The notes under the pieces are model-generated. The model worked only from the letters and a program-made list of their open reading frames with translations. It was not told the origin of the DNA and ran no database searches. 64,000 nt of DNA from Patescibacteria group bacterium (lineage in GTDB: Bacteria > Patescibacteriota > Minisyncoccia > Phycocordibacterales > EsbW-18): contig JBBTUJ010000002.1 in NCBI GenBank assembly GCA_038063815.1, positions 6,511-70,510 on the forward strand, read 5' to 3'. Each line of letters begins with the position of its first letter. The stretch's first letter is position 1. A program made the translations under genes and the position numbers. Below, piece by piece: positions 29,237-36,674 of this stretch.

Positions 29237-30277
29237 ATGAGTGGTGCCTTGTATCGAAAATACCGCCCCGCAGATTGGAAAAGCGTCAAAGGACAGAGCC
29301 ACATCGTTGCGGTTCTTGAAAAAGCGCTCAAAAACAGGAACATTTCGCACGCATATCTTTTTACCGGAAGCCGCGGAACAGGGAAGACAACTGTTGCGCG
29401 AATCGTTGCGCGAGAAATCGGCACGACGGAGAGAGATCTTTATGAACTTGATGCGGCATCGAACCGAGGCATTGATGATGTTCGTGCGCTTCGTGAAGCG
29501 GTTTATACACTCCCATTCGAATCAAAGTACAAGGTTTACATTATCGACGAGGTGCACATGCTCACCAAAGAAGCGTTCAATGCGCTTTTGAAGACGCTCG
29601 AAGAACCACCGGAGCACGTCGTGTTCATTCTTGCGACAACGGAAATTGAAAAACTTCCTGAGACGATTGTATCGCGTTGCGAAGTGCATACATTCAAACA
29701 ACCGTCGCGCGACATTCTCCGCGAGCATATGGAAGAGATTGCAAAAGAAGAAGGGTATCAACTTGAACCAGCCGCGGCAGATCTCATCGCGCTTCTTGCT
29801 GAAGGATCATTTCGTGACGCGCATGGTGTTCTCCAAAAGATTCTGAATGCGTCATCGGGGAAAAAAGTAAGTGTTGATGATGTAGCTCTTCTCACCGGAG
29901 CACCAAAAGGAACGCTTGTGAACGGGATTATCTCTGCGATTGAGAAGGGAAGCACAGACGAGGCCCTCTCGCATGTTGCGGACGCGTCAAAAGCAAATAT
30001 TGATATGCGCGTGTTTGTAAAACTCATCCTTGAAAAGATGCGCGCAGTGCTTCTTTTGCGTTTTGCCGAGGCACACCTCTTGAAATCACTTGAAGGAGAA
30101 TACACAGAAGAAGACCTCGCGTTCTTAAAAGAATGTGCAAAGAATACTCAACCAAAGATTACTTCATCAGCACTTTCTCGATTTTTAGACGCGTACAGCG
30201 AAACATCTCGTGCAACAATTCCGTCCCTCCCTCTCGAACTTGCGATACTCGATGTGATAGGGAATACTGGCCAGTGA
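29237..30277 (+). CDS. dnaX: DNA polymerase III gamma/tau
   Basis: LYRKYRP, GSRGTGKTT, ELDAASNRGIDD, IIDEVHML, LLKTLEEPP, SRC. Confidence 0.96.
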   Translation: MSGALYRKYRPADWKSVKGQSHIVAVLEKALKNRNISHAYLFTGSRGTGKTTVARIVAREIGTTERDLYELDAASNRGIDDVRALREAVYTLPFESKYKVYIIDEVHMLTKEAFNALLKTLEEPPEHVVFILATTEIEKLPETIVSRCEVHTFKQPSRDILREHMEEIAKEEGYQLEPAAADLIALLAEGSFRDAHGVLQKILNASSGKKVSVDDVALLTGAPKGTLVNGIISAIEKGSTDEALSHVADASKANIDMRVFVKLILEKMRAVLLLRFAEAHLLKSLEGEYTEEDLAFLKECAKNTQPKITSSALSRFLDAYSETSRATIPSLPLELAILDVIGNTGQ

Positions 30278-30291
30278 TACGAGAAGAACAC

Positions 30292-30362
30292 TGCCGGATC
30301 GTCTAATGGTAGGACACCGCCCTTTGGAGGCGGGTATCTTGGTTCGAATCCAAGTCCGGCAA
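30292..30362 (+). tRNA. tRNA-Gln(TTG)
   Basis: TGCCGGA/TCCGGCA acceptor, CCGCC-CTTTGGA-GGCGG anticodon arm, GGTTCGAATCC; CCA not encoded. Confidence 0.93.
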
Positions 30363-30380
30363 TAACCTTAAAAAAGAAAC

Positions 30381-30902
30381 GTGAAAGTATTACTCACTGG
30401 CGTAGCAGGAACAGGAAAATCGACCCTTACGAAAGCTTTGGCGGCAAGGGGACTTACGGCTATAGATCTCCACGATGTGCCTGAACTCTGTTTCTGGCAA
30501 GATAAGAAAACCAAAGAGAGGGTCGAATATGTTCCTACCACCTCACGGGAGTGGTTCGATACTGTAGACCGTCTTTGCGACATTCACCGGCTGAAAGAGT
30601 TACTTAACCAACAGGACGATATTATTGTGGCTGGCACGGCAGGTGAAAGTCAGAAGGACTATCTTCCGTTGTTCGATAAGGTCATACTCTTACAATGCAG
30701 TTCTAGAGCTGTCATCCATCGCATGCAGACAAGAACAAATAAGTCTGGATACGGAAAAACAAAAGCAGAACAAGACGATAACATCGAATGGCAAAAGGGG
30801 TTTGACCACGATCTCCTTGCGCACGGTGCCATTCCATTGAATACGGAGGGCAGTATTGATGAGACGGTGGATAAAATTGTTGAGATAACAAGGGCGGGTT
30901 AG
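30381..30902 (+). CDS. P-loop nucleoside/shikimate kinase-like protein
   Basis: VLLTGVAGTGKST Walker A, small NMP-kinase-type size. Confidence 0.8.
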   Translation: MKVLLTGVAGTGKSTLTKALAARGLTAIDLHDVPELCFWQDKKTKERVEYVPTTSREWFDTVDRLCDIHRLKELLNQQDDIIVAGTAGESQKDYLPLFDKVILLQCSSRAVIHRMQTRTNKSGYGKTKAEQDDNIEWQKGFDHDLLAHGAIPLNTEGSIDETVDKIVEITRAG

Positions 30903-30943
30903 TTCGAATCCCTGCCTGCGACAGGCAGGCAAGTCCGGCAATA
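30902..30943 (+). repeat. Copy of the tRNA-Gln 3' end interrupted by a 19-bp palindrome
   Basis: GTTCGAATC[CCTGCCTGCGACAGGCAGG]CAAGTCCGGCAATA versus GTTCGAATCCAAGTCCGGCAATA at 30342-30364. Confidence 0.9.
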
Positions 30944-30981
30944 CTCTGGTTTAGTATCGAGATTATAACTATTAATTCCAT

Positions 30982-31479
30982 ATGAACGACTTTGAAAAAG
31001 GAAACCAAAACAACGACCCCAAAACAGGCGCTTCAGCAAAGTTGCATGAAAGGCTTGTTGAGGCGACGAGCAATATTACACGCGATGTTCCGAAGGTGAA
31101 ACGGGAGAACGACTTTTTTGATACCTTAGGTGACAACCTCAAGCGAACGGTTGGCGAAGTTCCGGACACCGAACGCTTGCAAGCTGCTCTCGATAGGGAT
31201 ATGGAGTATATGAGGGACACTGTAAGGCGGTCGGTAAAGAATGCATCTGAAGCACCACTACTCCAAGAAACTGAAATGCTTTCCCTTCAGATAAAGGTCG
31301 GGAAAGAAGCTGTGGCGATGGAGGTACCTATCGGAACGAGTGAGGATGACATAGAAAGAATCGTTCTAGAAAACGAGGCCGTCAAGGCGCTCGTAGGTGG
31401 AAAAAGCATTAAAAAGTTCTATCTCAAGAAGCGTTTGAAAGAAGGCACGGTGCACATCTTTTTAAGTGAAACTGAATAA
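30982..31479 (+). CDS. Hypothetical protein; C-terminal part resembles the LeuRS C-terminal domain
   Basis: LQIKVGKEAVAMEVPIGTSEDDIERIVLENEAVKALVGGKSIKKFY. Confidence 0.6.
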   Translation: MNDFEKGNQNNDPKTGASAKLHERLVEATSNITRDVPKVKRENDFFDTLGDNLKRTVGEVPDTERLQAALDRDMEYMRDTVRRSVKNASEAPLLQETEMLSLQIKVGKEAVAMEVPIGTSEDDIERIVLENEAVKALVGGKSIKKFYLKKRLKEGTVHIFLSETE

Positions 31480-31484
31480 AAGTT

Positions 31485-31515
31485 GTTCCAACATCGTCTC
31501 CTCACAGCCAACTAA
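31485..31515 (+). repeat. Intergenic junction motif, copy A
   Basis: GTTCCAACATCGTCTCCTCACAGCCAACTAA. Confidence 0.75.
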
Positions 31516-31518
31516 TAT

Positions 31519-32127
31519 ATGAATAACGAAGCAGACTTAAAATCAATCTTCAACTTCCTAAAAACTGCGCGCGAACTACAGCATGTGGAAAGGGCTACAC
31601 CGCATCCAAATGGAAGACAGGAGAACGACGCTGAACATTCTTGGGCGGTCGCACTTGCGTGTGTCCTTGTGGCATCAAGACTTTCAAAAGAATTCGGCGT
31701 GGCTTTAGATCAGACAAAAATGCTCAAAATGGCACTTATTCATGACTTGGCCGAGGTAGGAACGGGTGACACAAAAACGTGGGATGACGCATCAAGGGTA
31801 AACAAAGAAGAAAAAGAGCGCGAGGTAATGCAAAACATGATCAAATCTTTACCCCAAGACGTCGCCGATGAAATATCTTCGCTTTGGGAAGAGTGCGAGA
31901 AGAAAGAAACTCTCGAGGCACAAATAGTCAAATCTATTGATCGGTTTGATCCCGTCATTCACCGTACTGCGTTTGGGGTGGGGTGGAAAGGGATAGACGA
32001 AGAACATGCATCAATAACGGCGGTGGACTCACGCCAAGAGCCGAGGCACTCTTTCTCAAAGACCTTGACGAGACTGTATGAGATTATTCGTCTCGAAGCG
32101 GATTCAAAAGGGGTATTTAAAGCATAA
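31519..32127 (+). CDS. HD-domain hydrolase (HD_3/YfbR-like)
   Basis: ENDAEHSW, MALIHDLAE..GD, EAQIVKSIDR. Confidence 0.9.
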   Translation: MNNEADLKSIFNFLKTARELQHVERATPHPNGRQENDAEHSWAVALACVLVASRLSKEFGVALDQTKMLKMALIHDLAEVGTGDTKTWDDASRVNKEEKEREVMQNMIKSLPQDVADEISSLWEECEKKETLEAQIVKSIDRFDPVIHRTAFGVGWKGIDEEHASITAVDSRQEPRHSFSKTLTRLYEIIRLEADSKGVFKA

Positions 32128-32131
32128 TCCT

Positions 32132-32167
32132 GTTCCAGCATCGTCTCACACAGTCAATACCAACTGA
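32132..32167 (+). repeat. Intergenic junction motif, copy B
   Basis: GTTCCAGCATCGTCTCACACAGTCAATACCAACTGA. Confidence 0.75.
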
Positions 32168-32173
32168 GTAATC

Positions 32174-32899
32174 ATGAATGACTTATATAAAAACGACTTT
32201 GAATTTTTTCTTGCTCACACAAGCGAAAAGCAAATTTTGGGTGAAGAAATCTTGAAAGATATACAGAGATTTAACGTAGAATCGCTACTTGATATAGGAG
32301 CGGGAAACGGATTGCTAAGCATACCGCTTTCAAAAAGTGTAAAAAGATATCTCGCTGTTGAACCTACGGAGAAGTTCGCGGGTCGCCTTAAGAAGGCGGG
32401 GTTGGAGGTAATCTGCAGTACATTTCCGGTCCGTATAGACGGTCAGTTTGACATGGTGCTTTCCTCCCATGTTATTTCCTATCGTCAAAAGTATTTTAGA
32501 TCTTTTATACGAAGGGCTTGGAAATTGGTAAAACCAGGAGGCGTTTTCCTCCTTGTCACTTTCCGTGGGCAGGGTGACGACTGGGATACTTTCACCAAAT
32601 CACTAGGTGAAGATCGCTCAGTTAAACGTCAAGGTAGATTGGATGATATTCTTGAATTACTCCGGTCTCTTGGAGAGGTACAGATTCGCAAGGTGGTAAC
32701 GCATGTTAGGTCTAAGAGTCTTGACGACATGATTACCGCCCTCTCATTCGTCTATAGCAACGGTTTTGCTGAAGACAAGAACTCTTTTATGAAGAAATCG
32801 GAGACAGTTAAAAATATACTTACATCGAAGTACAAATCGGGTACGCAATACGTTTTTCCCTTCCAGCACCTTTTTGTATATGGCTTAAAGAAAGGGTAG
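32174..32899 (+). CDS. Class I SAM-dependent methyltransferase
   Basis: LLDIGAGNG, AVEP, FDMVLSSHV, VKPGG. Confidence 0.88.
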   Translation: MNDLYKNDFEFFLAHTSEKQILGEEILKDIQRFNVESLLDIGAGNGLLSIPLSKSVKRYLAVEPTEKFAGRLKKAGLEVICSTFPVRIDGQFDMVLSSHVISYRQKYFRSFIRRAWKLVKPGGVFLLVTFRGQGDDWDTFTKSLGEDRSVKRQGRLDDILELLRSLGEVQIRKVVTHVRSKSLDDMITALSFVYSNGFAEDKNSFMKKSETVKNILTSKYKSGTQYVFPFQHLFVYGLKKG

Positions 32900-32978
32900 G
32901 AGGGAACGGGGTTAGGTTGTGGTGATTCCTCCTTGGGGCGCTCTTGACTCATTTTAATTTGTGCTAAAATAGGAGGAT

Positions 32979-33863
32979 ATGAAAAAAATAATCATTGCAG
33001 TTATTGTCATTATTCTAATCGGTCTTGGTATTTACGTTATGAGCACCCGTACGGCGGACGCACCTGCTGATAAGGCAACAACAACGCCCGTAACAACAAC
33101 GGTGGCTACCACTACGGTTTCTGACGAAACATCAATTGGTCTGTCAAAAGAAGGGCGTAAGATCGAGATTGCTCACTACGGCGAAGGAGACAAAGAGGTG
33201 CTTTTTGTCGGAGGTATTCACGGTGGCTACGAGTGGAACACAGTGCTCGTTGCGTATGAGCTGATGGATTTCTTGGAAGACAATCCAAACGAAATTCCTG
33301 CGGGCGTGAAAGTGTCGGTGATTCCAGTTTTGAACCCTGACGGCTTGAACAAAGTTGTCGGCACATCGGGTCGCTTCGAAGCATCCGATGTTCCTTCGGA
33401 CGCAAAGGCAACAGTTCCAGGCCGGTTTAATGCAAACAACGTTGACCTTAATCGCAATTTCGACTGCGATTGGCAGGCATCGGGCGTGTGGCAACAGACA
33501 ACTGTTAGTGGTGGTGCGTCGGCATTCTCCGAGCCGGAGAGTCAGGCAATGCGAGATTACGTTACCAAGAATGACCCAGATGCGGTTGTTGTTTGGTACA
33601 GTGCGGCAGGTGGTGTATTTGCATCAAGCTGTCACGATGGCGTTTTGCCAGCAACACTCAACCTTACCAACACATACGCACAGGCATCTGGCTATCCTGC
33701 ATATGAAGAATTTGATTTTTACGAGATCACTGGTGACATGGTCAACTGGCTCGCAAAAGAAAAGATTCCTGCAATCAGCGTACTTCTCACCAATCACACA
33801 AGCACCGAATGGGAAAAGAACTGGAAGGGTATTGATGCGCTCTTGGAATCAATCGTAGAGTAA
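32979..33863 (+). CDS. M14 zinc carboxypeptidase-family protein, likely catalytically inactive
   Basis: TM anchor, GGIHGGYE, NPDG, NANNVDLNRNF, SEPE; third Zn ligand H replaced by Y (VWYS) and catalytic E replaced by L (ISVLL). Confidence 0.85.
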   Translation: MKKIIIAVIVIILIGLGIYVMSTRTADAPADKATTTPVTTTVATTTVSDETSIGLSKEGRKIEIAHYGEGDKEVLFVGGIHGGYEWNTVLVAYELMDFLEDNPNEIPAGVKVSVIPVLNPDGLNKVVGTSGRFEASDVPSDAKATVPGRFNANNVDLNRNFDCDWQASGVWQQTTVSGGASAFSEPESQAMRDYVTKNDPDAVVVWYSAAGGVFASSCHDGVLPATLNLTNTYAQASGYPAYEEFDFYEITGDMVNWLAKEKIPAISVLLTNHTSTEWEKNWKGIDALLESIVE

Positions 33864-34726
33864 TGCGACCGTTTCTCAAAAAGATCCTTTTTGGAGTCGT
33901 CGTACTCTGTGTCGTCGCTCTCGGCGTGTTCTTTGTCTTGCGCAAAGATACAGAAATACCTGTGCCAGTGGACACCACTGTGCCCGAGTTCACATCAGTC
34001 GTAATCGGCACATCGGTACAGGGCCGTTCGATTGAGGCAATATCGTACGGCACGGGGGACACACACCTCCTGTTTGTCGGAGGCATTCACGGCGGATACG
34101 AGTGGAACAGCGTTCTGCTTGCGTATGAAATGATGGATTATCTTGAGCTTCATCCCGAACTCATTCCAGAAAATCTCACCGTAACGATTGTTCCATCTGC
34201 AAATCCAGACGGCGTATTCAAGGTTGTTGGCAAAGAGGGAAGATTTGCGCGCGCGGATGTTCCAGATGGAGATGATTCTCCCGGGCGATTTAACGCAAAC
34301 AATGTAGACCTTAATCGCAATTTTGATTGCAAGTGGAAGCCCGAGAGCATGTGGCGTGGTGATGTTGTTTCGGCGGGAACATCCGCATTCTCCGAGCCAG
34401 AGGCGCGCGCACTTCGCGACTTTGTGTTGGCAAATGACCCAGCCATTGTTGTCTTTTGGCATAGCCAATCAAACGCTGTCTATGCATCTGAATGCAAGGG
34501 TGGGATTTTGCCAGAGACACGCACGCTCATGAACCTCTATGCAAGTTCAGCCGGATATTCTGCGGTCGACACGTTCGACAGCTACGAAATCACTGGGGAC
34601 GCCGAAGGATGGCTCGCGTCCATCAACATTCCTGCAATTACCGTTGAGCTCTCGACACACGAAACAACAGAGTGGGAGAAAAATCTTGCGGGCATGAAGG
34701 CGCTTCTTACTCAATACGCAAGATAA
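33863..34726 (+). CDS. M14 zinc carboxypeptidase (MpaA-like murein peptide amidase)
   Basis: TM anchor, GGIHGGYE, NPDG, DLNRNF, FWHS, ITVEL intact. Confidence 0.88.
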   Translation: MRPFLKKILFGVVVLCVVALGVFFVLRKDTEIPVPVDTTVPEFTSVVIGTSVQGRSIEAISYGTGDTHLLFVGGIHGGYEWNSVLLAYEMMDYLELHPELIPENLTVTIVPSANPDGVFKVVGKEGRFARADVPDGDDSPGRFNANNVDLNRNFDCKWKPESMWRGDVVSAGTSAFSEPEARALRDFVLANDPAIVVFWHSQSNAVYASECKGGILPETRTLMNLYASSAGYSAVDTFDSYEITGDAEGWLASINIPAITVELSTHETTEWEKNLAGMKALLTQYAR

Positions 34727-34753
34727 TTCTCTGGTACTATAGAACCTATACAT

Positions 34754-35641
34754 ATGAGCGAACCACATCTTACGAATAAAAAAGGTAGTGTGAGTGCGCC
34801 TCTTGTTGTTGCGCTTGTGATTGTTGGCGTCGCTGGGGCTGGGATTTTGTTCTTCCAATTAACCAACACAAAGTCGGCGCTTTCTCAGGCAGTAAAAAGC
34901 AAAAACGAGCTCCAGACGCAGTTTTCGGCCAAAGAAGAAGAAAATCGCGTTCTATCGGAGGCACTGTATTCTGAACAGCAAAAAAACAAAGATTTGGAAG
35001 AAGATCTTGACGATGTTGAGGATGAGGTCAACATGTTTGAGAAATTGAGCCGGCTCGACCCCGAGCTTCTCCAAAAATATTCAAAAGTATTTTTTTTGAA
35101 CGAACACTATAAGCCGGCAGATTTTACAGTAATTGATTCAAAATATCGCTACCCTGAAGACGAAGCGCTCTCCGTCCACAAACGGGTCTGGCCTTTTTTG
35201 GAAGATCTTCTTGAGGAAGCAAAGGATGACAAAATTGATCTCCGGATTGCTTCGGCGTTTCGTTCGTTTTCCGAGCAGACATCGCTCAAGTCGCAATATT
35301 CGGTGGTATACGGAGCAGGAAGCGCAAATCAATTCTCTGCCGATCAGGGATATTCTGAACACCAGTTGGGAACGACGGTTGACTTCACCACGGTTGCAAC
35401 AGGAGGCGCGCTTGACGGGTTTAACACAACACCAACGTACAAATGGCTTCTTTCTAACGCGTATAAATATGGATTTGTACTCTCATATCCAGAAGGCAAT
35501 GCATACTATGTGTTTGAACCATGGCACTGGCGCTTTGTGGGGAAAGATCTTGCGGCAGACCTGCGCAAAAAGAAAATTGGGTTTTACGATATGGACCAGC
35601 GCGACATAGATGAATATCTGATTAGTATCTTTGATAAATAG
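34754..35641 (+). CDS. VanY-like M15B D,D-carboxypeptidase with TM and coiled coil
   Basis: SAFRS..Q, SADQGYSEHQLG..VD, YGFVLSYP, EPWHWRFVG. Confidence 0.9.
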   Translation: MSEPHLTNKKGSVSAPLVVALVIVGVAGAGILFFQLTNTKSALSQAVKSKNELQTQFSAKEEENRVLSEALYSEQQKNKDLEEDLDDVEDEVNMFEKLSRLDPELLQKYSKVFFLNEHYKPADFTVIDSKYRYPEDEALSVHKRVWPFLEDLLEEAKDDKIDLRIASAFRSFSEQTSLKSQYSVVYGAGSANQFSADQGYSEHQLGTTVDFTTVATGGALDGFNTTPTYKWLLSNAYKYGFVLSYPEGNAYYVFEPWHWRFVGKDLAADLRKKKIGFYDMDQRDIDEYLISIFDK

Positions 35642-35727
35642 TAAAAAGATTTGGATTCCAGAATAACAGTTCCAACCTCACGGATTCAGAGTTCAAAACG
35701 AGAGGATTATTTTGCTATACTTCAGTC

Positions 35728-36642
35728 ATGATTCCTCAGTTTGTAGAAATTAAAACAGGAGATGGACTGGCACTTCCCGGACTTCTTTACACCTCTTCAA
35801 AATCAAAGTCACTTGCTATCTTTTTGCACGGTAATGGTAGTACTTCAGTTTTCTACGATGGAAATGAAAATCGTATATTTGCGGATGCATTAGCGAAGAA
35901 AGGAATCTCTACGCTCTTCTTCAACAATCGAGGTGCACACATTATCAAGAAACTCAATGTGCAGAAGGGAAAAAAGAAAGATCGCAAAGCATTTGGAATG
36001 GCTCATGAGAAGATCAGGGGGTGTATAGAAGATATCGACGGTGCGGTAGCATTTGGAAAGAAGCGGGGATTCAAAAGTTTTTACCTCATTGGGCTCTCAA
36101 CTGGGGCTAACAAAATTTGTGTTTATAACTACTACAAACCACGAAATCAGATACGTAAATACGCAATCATTTGTGGAAGTGATGACACGGGTATTTATTA
36201 TCACCAGCTTGGGAAGGCAAAATTTTGGAAATTACTCAAATTGTCAAAACAACGAATTGTTCTAAAAAAGGGTGACGAGTTGATGCCCGAACTTTTACCT
36301 AACGAAATATTTTCGAATACTGGCTTCCGTGATATTGCCAATCCAGACGGTGACTACAACGTTTTTCCATTTTATGAGGTACTGCAGAAAGTGAAACTAT
36401 CGAAGAAGCCGCTTTTTCGACACTTTAAGTCGATTAAAAAACCCTCTTTGGTGGTATACGGAGGTAAAGATGAATACGCGTGGGGTGATGTTTCTAAGGT
36501 GGTTGAGATTCTGAAATCAAAACAACCCAATTTCGAATATAAAATAATCAAAGGAGCCAACCATGGTTTTGTTGGATACGAACATTCTTTGGCAACAACA
36601 ATAGCAAGTTGGTTGAGTCAACTACAATTAAGATCCAAGTAG
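35728..36642 (+). CDS. Alpha/beta hydrolase
   Basis: FLHGNG, GLSTG nucleophile elbow, GGKDE, GANHGF. Confidence 0.85.
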   Translation: MIPQFVEIKTGDGLALPGLLYTSSKSKSLAIFLHGNGSTSVFYDGNENRIFADALAKKGISTLFFNNRGAHIIKKLNVQKGKKKDRKAFGMAHEKIRGCIEDIDGAVAFGKKRGFKSFYLIGLSTGANKICVYNYYKPRNQIRKYAIICGSDDTGIYYHQLGKAKFWKLLKLSKQRIVLKKGDELMPELLPNEIFSNTGFRDIANPDGDYNVFPFYEVLQKVKLSKKPLFRHFKSIKKPSLVVYGGKDEYAWGDVSKVVEILKSKQPNFEYKIIKGANHGFVGYEHSLATTIASWLSQLQLRSK

Positions 36643-36674
36643 AGAGATGCTGTTTTGGTCCCAAAAAGGGATAC

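Noticed and set aside
31485-32167. Junction motifs as CRISPR repeats or canonical attC sites
   Set aside because: Spacing is whole genes rather than 30-40-nt spacers, there are no cas genes, and there is no RYYYAAC..GTTRRRY order or long hairpin
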